This document shows, one piece after another, positions 53,697 to 61,055 of a stretch of 64,000 bases of DNA. The notes below the pieces were generated by a model. It ran no database searches. It had not been told where the DNA came from and was given only the letters and a program-made list of their open reading frames with translations. Position numbers and translations under genes: made by a program. The stretch lies in NCBI GenBank assembly GCA_965116985.1, contig OZ220745.1, positions 2,788,461-2,852,460 on the forward strand, in the 5' to 3' direction. Within the stretch, counting starts at the first letter, position 1. Every line of letters begins with the position of its first letter. The DNA comes from Dehalococcoidia bacterium. GTDB taxonomy: Bacteria; Chloroflexota; Dehalococcoidia; Lucifugimonadales; G963668185.

Positions 53697-54064
53697 TCCG
53701 GGGCGTGGTGACCTCCGCCTATGAAGCCGTCGTCCCGCTGACAGTGCAGGGACCGAATGGGGAGGCGAGGGCAATCGAGGCTGTGATAGACACTGGCTTC
53801 ACCGGATTCCTGGCCGTGCCGTTCGGAATCGTGTCGGAGCTGGGACTCCCCTTCGTCAACACCAGCCAGGCGATTCTGGCGGACGGCAGCGAGGCAACCC
53901 TAAATGTTTACAGGGCCGCTGTGATTTGGGACGGAGAGCTGAGATACGTCAGAGCCTACGCTGCCGACACCACGCCTCTCATGGGCATGCGGATGCTCGA
54001 TGACCATGAAGTGACCATACAGGTGTGGGACGGCGGCCGCGTCGTCATACAGGCTGTGGAGTAG
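53693..54064 (+). CDS. Retropepsin-like (clan AA) aspartic protease
   Basis: Catalytic AVIDTGFTGFLAVP (D-T-G) and a C-terminal TPLMGMRMLDDH (hydrophobic-G-x-x-x-L) motif. ~123 aa, the size of a single retropepsin monomer. Confidence 0.7.
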   Translation: MIRGVVTSAYEAVVPLTVQGPNGEARAIEAVIDTGFTGFLAVPFGIVSELGLPFVNTSQAILADGSEATLNVYRAAVIWDGELRYVRAYAADTTPLMGMRMLDDHEVTIQVWDGGRVVIQAVE

Positions 54065-54280
54065 GCGCGTTTTGCCGGTCACTCGGGGCAGGTTCTGCGT
54101 TGGCTTGTGGTGCTGAAAAGGGCCGGGCGGAGACGGGCCAACTGGCACGGAAGGGCTGAGCCTCCAAGGTCATCCCCATTGAGGGTGGTCATACTGGCTG
54201 GTCAAGTGGGCTGCCATGGCTTCTCTTGCAGGAAGGGGAACAAGTCGTCATCAGACCAGATTCGAGAGCCAGCACATCCC

Positions 54281-54868
54281 GTGAATTCGGTAATTCCCGA
54301 GCTTGAGTTTAGGAGCGACCATGGCGTCGCTCAATTGGAGACTCACGATGTCTATCTGCACGGCGACCAAGTGACGCTGCGACCGATAACTGAAGACGAC
54401 TGGGAGATTCTGCTCAAGTGGAACAATGACCCTGAGGTGATGGAGTATTCGGACTATGATGATTTCAAGCAATGCACCCTGAGCGAGTTGCAGGGAATCC
54501 ACCGTTGGATCTCCAATCATGCCTATTGCTTCATCATTGAGGTGGAGAGACGTCCCATTGGCGAGTGCTGGCTTCAGCGCATGAATCTCCGGCGGATCGT
54601 CGACCAGTTCCCCGGAGTGAACCTCAGACGCATAGACTTGATGATTGGCGAGAAGGATCTCTGGGGTCGAGGTTATGGGACGGAGACAATCGCCTTGCTG
54701 GTGGACTTTGGCTTCAGGCGCATAGGGGCCGACACTATATTTGGCATCGTGTCTGCAGAGAATCCACGCAGTTTACGTGCCTTCCAGAAATGTGGATTCT
54801 CGACTCACGCGGTGATCCAAGAGGATGACTGCACCTTGAGCTACGATCTGGCGCTAACCGCGGATTAA
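54281..54868 (+). CDS. GNAT family N-acetyltransferase (RimJ/RimL-like)
   Basis: VTLRPITEDDWEILLKWNNDPEV and IGEKDLWGRGYGTE (motif A). Start is uncertain (GTG 54281 or TTG 54335). Confidence 0.75.
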   Translation: MNSVIPELEFRSDHGVAQLETHDVYLHGDQVTLRPITEDDWEILLKWNNDPEVMEYSDYDDFKQCTLSELQGIHRWISNHAYCFIIEVERRPIGECWLQRMNLRRIVDQFPGVNLRRIDLMIGEKDLWGRGYGTETIALLVDFGFRRIGADTIFGIVSAENPRSLRAFQKCGFSTHAVIQEDDCTLSYDLALTAD

Positions 54869-54971
54869 CCTGCCGAGGTGAGATAGCAAAGGACTCCACT
54901 GTCTCATGTGATACTCTCGAATCGCATTGCATGACCAAGAAGGCATCCTCGACGCCGTCGAAGAATGCGAG

Positions 54972-55481
54972 ATGTGGAAGATGCGGTCTGCACGCCTGGT
55001 TCTAAGTCCAATGGTGCAAAGTGATGCGTGCGATCTGTTCAGTCTGCTACGTCACCCTGTGCTTTATCGGTACACCGGTGAAGTACCTCCGGCCAGCTCT
55101 GATGAGCTTCGAGATAGAATCCGTCAACGGGAAGACCGGCGGTCGTCTGAGGGTGATGAACTGTGGTTGAACTGGACCCTTCGGCTTAGGTCTTCAGGGC
55201 AAGTCGTGGGATACGTGCAAGCAAGCGTTGGTGAGGAAATCGCCGATTTGGCTTGGGTGATCGGGATCCCGTTTCAAGATCGGGGATATGCGACGGAGGC
55301 CGCCCAACGGATGGCGGCGTGGATCGTCCAGAGACTCCCAGTCTCAATGCTTCAGGCAGCAATACATCCTGATCACGTAGCATCGTGTCGTGTCGCTTCG
55401 CATGTTGGGCTACGGCCGAGCGGCGAACTGACGGCGGAAGGGGAACAACTATGGACGTTGCAGCGTGGAAGGCCTTCTTAG
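54972..55481 (+). CDS. GNAT family N-acetyltransferase (RimJ/RimL-like)
   Basis: ARLVLSPMVQSDACDLFSLL and VIGIPFQDRGYATEAAQRM (motif A). Start is uncertain (ATG 54972 or 54981). Confidence 0.75.
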   Translation: MWKMRSARLVLSPMVQSDACDLFSLLRHPVLYRYTGEVPPASSDELRDRIRQREDRRSSEGDELWLNWTLRLRSSGQVVGYVQASVGEEIADLAWVIGIPFQDRGYATEAAQRMAAWIVQRLPVSMLQAAIHPDHVASCRVASHVGLRPSGELTAEGEQLWTLQRGRPS

Positions 55482-55562
55482 CGCCAGTCGTCGTCTGTTT
55501 CCGGAGCCTTCGAGCCGTGTTGCACGAACGTCAACTAGGATTTGTGTCTATCGTGCCGCTGG

Positions 55563-55784
55563 CTAGAGTGTTGCACAGAACTCTGTGACGGTGAGGCCTG
55601 CGGAACGTATGAGGCTGCGCAAGGTGCCTCTAGCCACTGTGCGGTGATTCGGTATCGAAAGGGTAGCCACTTCTCCGGGCTTGGTCATGATGATGTGGCT
55701 GCCTCGCCGACGGGTTATGTTCCAGCCAAACCGCTCAAAGTTGCGCACAGTTTCGGCGCCGCTCAGAGTCGGTAGTGGCGGCAT
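55563..55784 (-). CDS. hicA: HicA-family mRNA interferase toxin
   Basis: VRNFERFGWNITRRRGSHIIMTKPG...LSIPNH is the HicA/YcfA signature. Its ATG shares one base with the hicB stop (TAATG). Confidence 0.85.
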   Translation of the reverse strand: MPPLPTLSGAETVRNFERFGWNITRRRGSHIIMTKPGEVATLSIPNHRTVARGTLRSLIRSAGLTVTEFCATL

Positions 55785-55990
55785 TACAGGGTAACTTCGA
55801 CCTGCCGTGTCTCAATCGTAAGTGGCAACCCAGTTTCGGCCCGTACTTCAAGGCAGAGTTCGATGGCCTCGCGAATGTTGGCTAAGGCCTCGTCTCTCGT
55901 GTCTCCCTGGCTTACGCAGCCAGGAACGGACGGACATTCGGCGATCCAAACGCCGTCTTCATCCCTATCTAACGTTACTGTCAACTTCAC
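55784..55990 (-). CDS. hicB: HicB-family antitoxin (UPF0150 fold)
   Basis: DEDGVWIAECPSVPGCVSQGDTRDEALANIREAIELCLE. Confidence 0.85.
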   Translation of the reverse strand: MKLTVTLDRDEDGVWIAECPSVPGCVSQGDTRDEALANIREAIELCLEVRAETGLPLTIETRQVEVTL

Positions 55991-56115
55991 TGCTCAACCT
56001 CCACTCGCCTGCTCCTACCGTACACCAATGGTAGATTCTGGCATTTAGAGCGGTCAACACAGACGCTAGTGTGTAACTGTTCAGAGTCGATAAGTTGAGC
56101 GCCCAGCATGACCCT

Positions 56116-56143
56116 TATATACCCGCCTGCGGGGGTATGACGT
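56116..56143. repeat. Short REP-like hairpin (family D variant)
   Basis: TATATACCCGC-ctgc-GGGGGTATGACGTG, just downstream of the enolase-superfamily gene. Confidence 0.7.
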
Positions 56144-56173
56144 GAAAGAGGAATAACAGTTTCGTCAGAGGGC

Positions 56174-57328
56174 TCACAAGTGAGAGGCGCCAACGGTCCA
56201 GGCGCCTTTGGTGCGCTGGGCTTTGGCGAAGGTGTCTTCGTCCAGGGTTAGGCCGAAGCCTGGGGTGTCGGGTACGCTTCTGTTGCCGTTGGAGATGTCG
56301 TAGCCGGGGGCTGTGACGGCTGGCATCTGCATGTGGTCGGTCTCTCCCATGGCGAAGCTGTTCAGGCCTAGGGCGAACTGGGGGATGTAGTAGCCGGAGA
56401 GGTGCGAGCCCCAGTTGTGGGGCGCGGCCATGACGCCGGTCTCGCGGATAACGGGCATGTAGCGCAGCCAGCGGGTCAGCGTGTAGTGGCGCAGGTCGAA
56501 TTGCACGACGTCGATGCCGCCGGCTCGGACGATCTCTTCGAAACCGGCGTCGTAGTTTGAGGAGCGTGTCTCGCCATCGGCCAGCAGCGTGTTCCAGCCG
56601 CCGTCGCGCATGAACTCCTTGAACGCCACGCATTCGTCGACCGACTCTTCGAACGGCTCCTCGAACCAGTAGATGTCGCAGTCTCCCGCCTCCCGCATGA
56701 CGCGGCGGGCTTCCTCCGGCGTGTAGCCGTTGTTGGCGTCGATGAGGACCTTGACGTGGGGGCCCACGAAGTCCCGGATGGCGCGGATGACGTCGATGTC
56801 GCGCCGGATTCCGGCCTCGGATTCCATCCACCGGTGGCCGCGGCCGACCTTGACCTTGAACGCCTGGAAGCCGGCGTCCAGCCCCGTGCTGACTGCGCGG
56901 AGCATCGGCTCGATGCCGTCGTCCGTGCCGGTGTCCGGGTGCAGTTCATCGATGTATATGGAGCCGTCGTAGACGGGCACTGGGCTGCTTCCGGAATCGC
57001 CGAGCATGGTGTGGACGGGCATTTCCAGAAGCTGGCCGGCGAGGTCCCATAGGGGGAAGTCGAACATGAGCAGGTCGTCGCGTGTGCCGATCTCAGGAGT
57101 GAAGACCTCGTGGAGCTTTCTTCCGACGAGACGTTGCGCGTCCTCAGGCTTCGCGGGCGACCATCCCCAGCCCGAGACTCCGGCGTCGGTGTACAGCCGC
57201 ACGACCGGCTCGCTGACGGTCTGACCGTGCACCGGCAGGCGGGCGTTGCGACCGATGACGCGCGGCCGGGTGCCCTCGAGGGTTGCGCCGGCGGCGCCGG
57301 TGATGGTGACGTTGGTTGGGATGGTCAT
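56174..57328 (-). CDS. Enolase-superfamily enzyme (mandelate racemase/muconate lactonizing family)
   Basis: KVKVG (KxK), and metal ligands in IDANNGY, WFEEP and LADGE. Confidence 0.85.
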   Translation of the reverse strand: MTIPTNVTITGAAGATLEGTRPRVIGRNARLPVHGQTVSEPVVRLYTDAGVSGWGWSPAKPEDAQRLVGRKLHEVFTPEIGTRDDLLMFDFPLWDLAGQLLEMPVHTMLGDSGSSPVPVYDGSIYIDELHPDTGTDDGIEPMLRAVSTGLDAGFQAFKVKVGRGHRWMESEAGIRRDIDVIRAIRDFVGPHVKVLIDANNGYTPEEARRVMREAGDCDIYWFEEPFEESVDECVAFKEFMRDGGWNTLLADGETRSSNYDAGFEEIVRAGGIDVVQFDLRHYTLTRWLRYMPVIRETGVMAAPHNWGSHLSGYYIPQFALGLNSFAMGETDHMQMPAVTAPGYDISNGNRSVPDTPGFGLTLDEDTFAKAQRTKGAWTVGASHL

Positions 57329-57386
57329 GGCTGTTTTCTTATAGGGATGGTGTAGGGAGCAATGCCCCAGTGATCCAGCTTGCAGG

Positions 57387-57731
57387 TCAACAATGAATGT
57401 ACTTTAGTGATAGGTTCCTGCGCAGTCCTGGGTGCGGATTCAAGCCAACTGCTTGTACATGTCCTGCCATTTGGGATTGCTCTTCTATCAACTCTAACTT
57501 CCACGCTCGTTTCCATTCCTTCAACGCACTCTCCCTCATGATGGCGCTTTCCATAGTGTCATGGGCTTCGCACCAGACGAGTGAGTGCACGCTATAACGC
57601 TTTGTGAAGCCTTCGACGGGGCCGCTCTTGTGCTGCCAGACTCTTTGGACGAGATTGGAAGTGACACCTACATACAGGGTTCCGTTGCGTTTGCTTGCCA
57701 GGATGTAGACGCAGGGTTGTTTCACGGGCAT
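57387..57731 (-). CDS. Small GIY-YIG nuclease family protein (COG2827-like), probably frameshifted near its 3' end
   Basis: CVYILASKRNGTLYVGVTSNLVQRVWQHK...ESAIMRESALKEWKRAWKLELIEE. The family's usual C-terminal NPxWxDLY is encoded as NPKWQDMYKQLA* in another frame from ~57478. The ORF-track N-terminal extension (to 57962) is translated repeats. Confidence 0.75.
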   Translation of the reverse strand: MPVKQPCVYILASKRNGTLYVGVTSNLVQRVWQHKSGPVEGFTKRYSVHSLVWCEAHDTMESAIMRESALKEWKRAWKLELIEEQSQMAGHVQAVGLNPHPGLRRNLSLKYIHC

Positions 57732-57737
57732 TACTTT

Positions 57738-57920
57738 CTGGGTACCGGCGTTCGGCGGTATGACGGGAGGGAAGTCGTTGTGGACTTTCAAGACGTTGAG
57801 GAGGGCGACTGGAAACCGGCGTTCGCCGGTATGACGGGAAGGAAGTCGTTGTGGGCTTCCAAGACGTTGAGGTGAGCGACTGGATACCGGCGTTCGCCGG
57901 TATGACGGGAAGGAGAAGGT
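57738..57920. repeat. 71-bp tandem repeat, about 2.5 units, each unit starting with a family D hairpin
   Basis: Units start at ~57738, ~57809 and ~57880. The consensus is CTGGAtACCGGCGTTCGCCGGTATGACGGGAAGGAAGTCGTTGTGGgCTTcCAAGACGTTGAGGnGnGCGA. Confidence 0.85.
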
Positions 57921-57958
57921 TGGCTGTAACCGTGAAAATGCTGCTGTCGACTCGTCGG

Positions 57959-58729
57959 TCAAGACGAGATGGCTCTTGCCTCGCTTAGCCAGTCTCGGAC
58001 TGTGTTGCGGAAGAGGCCGAAGGGCTGGATGGTCAGGATGCGCGCGCCGTTTTCGACGGCTGCGCGGGCCTCTTCGAGGTTGGTGACGGCGGTCATGGCG
58101 ACGCGGCCCGCGGCGGCGATGCGTCGCACGGCGTCCGCCGCGACCTCGACGACCTTTGGGTGTCCGTACTCGTAGCCCATGCTGAGGGCGAGGTCGCCGA
58201 CGCCTACGAACAGGGCGTCCACGCCTTCGACGGCCATGATCTCGTCGAGGTTGTCGATGGCTTCGACGTCCTCAAGCAGAGGTATGGCCATGACCTCACG
58301 GTTGGCGTTGTCGAACGTGGCGCGCGGCGCTCCGGCGGTGCCGTACATCGAGCCTCGCGCCGCCCACGCCGCGCCGCGGGTGCCGAGCGGCGGGTACCGG
58401 CACGCGCGGGCCGACGCCCGGACGTCCGCGGCGGTGCATGAGTGCGGGACGACGATGCCCTGGGCGCCGGCGTCGAGGTAGCCGAGTACCAGGTCAGGGT
58501 TGTTGTACGGCGTACGGACGAGCGGGGTGGCGCCGCCCGAGGTCACCGCGCGGAAGGCCTCGCGCGACCGCACGGGGTCGATGCCGGTGTGCTCGGCGTC
58601 GATCAGGACGCCATCGAAGCCGAGGAGGGCCATGTACTCGGCGATGTCGGCTGAGGGAAACTCGGTGACGAGGGCGACGTATGCCACGCCGCCGTCTTCG
58701 ACCATTGCTTTCAGGGGGTTGGTCCACAT
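57959..58729 (-). CDS. HpcH/HpaI-family aldolase
   Basis: GVLIDAEHTGIDP, IVVPH and FVGVGDLALSMG are class-II (divalent-metal) pyruvate aldolase family motifs. Confidence 0.9.
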   Translation of the reverse strand: MWTNPLKAMVEDGGVAYVALVTEFPSADIAEYMALLGFDGVLIDAEHTGIDPVRSREAFRAVTSGGATPLVRTPYNNPDLVLGYLDAGAQGIVVPHSCTAADVRASARACRYPPLGTRGAAWAARGSMYGTAGAPRATFDNANREVMAIPLLEDVEAIDNLDEIMAVEGVDALFVGVGDLALSMGYEYGHPKVVEVAADAVRRIAAAGRVAMTAVTNLEEARAAVENGARILTIQPFGLFRNTVRDWLSEARAISS

Positions 58730-58791
58730 TGGTGGCGCCTTTCAAGTGTTGTGAATTGAGTTTGTGCTGCTGCGGCGCACCCCTTCCGCAT

Positions 58792-58820
58792 TTGGATACC
58801 GGCTACCGCCGGTACTACGG
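58792..58820. repeat. Short REP-like hairpin (family D)
   Basis: TTGGATACCGGC-tacc-GCCGGTACTACGG, in the divergent spacer between the aldolase and the Rieske oxygenase. Confidence 0.75.
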
Positions 58821-58938
58821 ATATGAATGGCTGCCTTGCTTGGCGCGCCGGTCCCAAGCAAATGCGGCAATTGGCTTCGTTGACATGGCGGGGCGCCGTT
58901 CTTAACATCGCGTCAAGCTACAGGACGGGAGTCTTGAG

Positions 58939-60093
58939 ATGCAACAGCCTCCGACGAGCAGACTGCTGACGAAGATCGAGCACACGGTGCCGGTGGAGTA
59001 CTACTACGACGCCGAGCACTACGAACGCGAGCTTTCCGTGTTTTTCTACCGGAACTGGCTTTACGTATGCAGATCCGACAGGCTGGCAGAGCCGAGGGAC
59101 TTCGTGGTGGAGAGGATCGGTGGGCAGGAGGTCGTGATCACGCGCGACCTCAAGGGCCGACTGTGCGCGTTTCACAACACGTGCCGGCACCGCGGCTCCG
59201 TACTGTGTACGGAGGCTCAGGGCCGCTTCGAGGGCGGCTCGATCGTCTGCCCGTACCATGCATGGACGTACTCGCTGGAGGGAGACCTGATCGCCACGCC
59301 GCACCAGCTCGAGTCGGCCGACTTCCGCATGGAGGACTACTCGCTGTACCGGGTGGCCGTCGGCGAGTGGGGAGGGTACGTGTTCGTCAACCTGGCCGGG
59401 GACGACGCGATGCCGTTCGAGCAGGCGCTGGGCGATATGCCGGAGCGGTTCAAGAACTACCACGTGGGCGAGCTGGTGGTCGGCGACACGATGGAGGTGA
59501 CGCTGGACTGCAACTGGAAGATCTTCTGGGAGAACTTCTCGGAGTGCTTCCACTGCCCGAACGTGCACCCTGAGCTTTGCGAGATCGTGCCCACTTACGG
59601 CAAGGGCATCCTGAACCCGTGGGACGACCCCAACTACCAGCCGGCGGGGGACGCGGACGGCGTGGGCTCCAAGATGGGCGAGGGCCATGTAACGTGGACG
59701 GTGGACGGCCAGACCGGCATCCCGTTCTTCAAGGACATCACGCAGGAGGAGATCGCGCTGGGCTTCTCCTACGGGACGATGAGGCCGGGGTTCTTCATGG
59801 CGGTGCACCCGGACTACATCAGGGCGGCGAGGATCCTGCCGCGAGGGCCTGAGAAGACGGAACTGAAGATGGAGTGGCTGTTCGAGGCGGAGACGCTGGC
59901 GCGCGACGACTTCGACCTGGAGCATGCGACGGGGCTTGGACGGCTGGTCGTGGTCCAGGATGGCGATGTGTGCGAGTACAACCAGGCGGGGCTGAAGTCG
60001 AACCGCCATCACGTCAATGTGCTGATGCCGCAGGAGTACGGCGTGCTGCACTTCAACAGATGGATTCTTGAGCAGCTGGGAGAGGGAGAATAG
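58939..60093 (+). CDS. Rieske non-heme-iron oxygenase alpha subunit (choline monooxygenase/GbcA/CntA/Stc2-like clade)
   Basis: Rieske motif CRHRGSVLC...CPYHAWTY. The mononuclear iron region WENFSECFHCPNVHPEL matches the E-C-(Y/F)-H-C-P-x-x-H-P pattern I associate with quaternary-amine demethylating oxygenases. Confidence 0.85.
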   Translation: MQQPPTSRLLTKIEHTVPVEYYYDAEHYERELSVFFYRNWLYVCRSDRLAEPRDFVVERIGGQEVVITRDLKGRLCAFHNTCRHRGSVLCTEAQGRFEGGSIVCPYHAWTYSLEGDLIATPHQLESADFRMEDYSLYRVAVGEWGGYVFVNLAGDDAMPFEQALGDMPERFKNYHVGELVVGDTMEVTLDCNWKIFWENFSECFHCPNVHPELCEIVPTYGKGILNPWDDPNYQPAGDADGVGSKMGEGHVTWTVDGQTGIPFFKDITQEEIALGFSYGTMRPGFFMAVHPDYIRAARILPRGPEKTELKMEWLFEAETLARDDFDLEHATGLGRLVVVQDGDVCEYNQAGLKSNRHHVNVLMPQEYGVLHFNRWILEQLGEGE

Positions 60094-60204
60094 GGCTCTG
60101 GACTTACACGTCTGGCGTCCGTGGTGAACGGAGGCGGGTAGGGGGAATTGTCGGAATCCGTGTGCTGGATTCTATTGCCGAAGTGTGTTCGACCGCGGGA
60201 GTCC

Positions 60205-60230
60205 GGGCGTTTCGCGAAGCGCCCCTACGG
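60205..60230. repeat. Family B2 palindrome variant
   Basis: GGGCGTTTCGCGAAGCGCCCCTACGG. Confidence 0.7.
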
Positions 60231-60263
60231 ATCGCCTGTTGACCGGTGATTGATGGTGGACCG

Positions 60264-60926
60264 CTAGGGAGCGGCCTGCAGTTCTGCCTGCTCCTCGGCT
60301 AGGACTTCGTCGAGGTGTTCCTGGTAGTGGGCGGTCCATTCGTCTCTTCCCAGTTGCTGCGAGAGCTCGACTAGCCTTTCGTACAGGTAGACCTTGTCCA
60401 TGTCGCGGGCCTGCGGATTCTCGGCCATTGTCGAGCGGATGTCGCTGGCTTGCCTGGCCGCTACAGAGTCGTAGGCCTCCAGCAGGAGTTCCATTTCGGT
60501 CTGGTGCTCGGGGTCGAACTCAAGGACTTCCATGTCGTGCAGGATGTGATGGCGGACCTCGTCCAGGTTGTTTGACCAGCTCTCGTTGATGCCCATCCAG
60601 TGGTGAATGTCCGAGACTTCGAGGAGGGCGTCGACCCCTGACACGGGGAGGCCGGCCTCGCCCGCGAGCTGTTCGGGCGTGATCGTGCGCAGGCGCGACT
60701 CGCTGTCGTTCGAGAGGTTCTGGATGTCTTCCAAAGTGGGCCCGGAAGGCTCATCGGCTGACAGCGCGAGCGTGAGGATGACCGCAACGGCCACGATGAC
60801 AACGGTGACCGCCGCCGCTACTGTGATACGCGTCGAGGTGAGCAAGCCGCCCAGGGGGCCGGACGACGAGTGTGCGGCGCGCCGGATGCGCCTGACCTCA
60901 GCCCTTGTTGCCTTTGGTTTGGCCAT
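60264..60926 (-). CDS. Hypothetical single-pass membrane protein with an acidic helical ectodomain
   Basis: Basic N-terminus MAKPKATRAEVRRIRR, one TM helix (ITVAAAVTVVIVAVAVILTLAL), then ~160 acidic residues. I recognise no motif. Confidence 0.5.
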   Translation of the reverse strand: MAKPKATRAEVRRIRRAAHSSSGPLGGLLTSTRITVAAAVTVVIVAVAVILTLALSADEPSGPTLEDIQNLSNDSESRLRTITPEQLAGEAGLPVSGVDALLEVSDIHHWMGINESWSNNLDEVRHHILHDMEVLEFDPEHQTEMELLLEAYDSVAARQASDIRSTMAENPQARDMDKVYLYERLVELSQQLGRDEWTAHYQEHLDEVLAEEQAELQAAP

Positions 60927-61055
60927 GGTTGCGTCTCTACCTGCTAACCTTGCGCCCATCGAGTGACGTCTACTCTCATAGAGCCGGGAAGGACGCGGGT
61001 CTCTTACGCAGTTTTCGTACAGTAGATTGTAGCAAGTGAGTTGGAAGGTGGCTGA

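Noticed and set aside
57738-57920. Possible CRISPR array.
   Set aside because: The inter-hairpin segments are the same sequence in every unit, so there are no unique spacers. There are only ~2.5 units, and no cas genes are present in the window.
57732-57962. N-terminal 77-aa extension of the GIY-YIG ORF.
   Set aside because: It is encoded entirely by the 71-bp tandem repeat. The family starts at the MPVKQPCVYIL-type N-terminus (ATG 57731).
58918-60051. 377-aa minus-strand ORF opposite the Rieske oxygenase. The same situation applies to 61004-61888 opposite the threonine-aldolase-like gene.
   Set aside because: The plus-strand frames carry the Rieske CxH/CxxH motifs and the PLP-lysine motif. 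The antisense translations are low-complexity.
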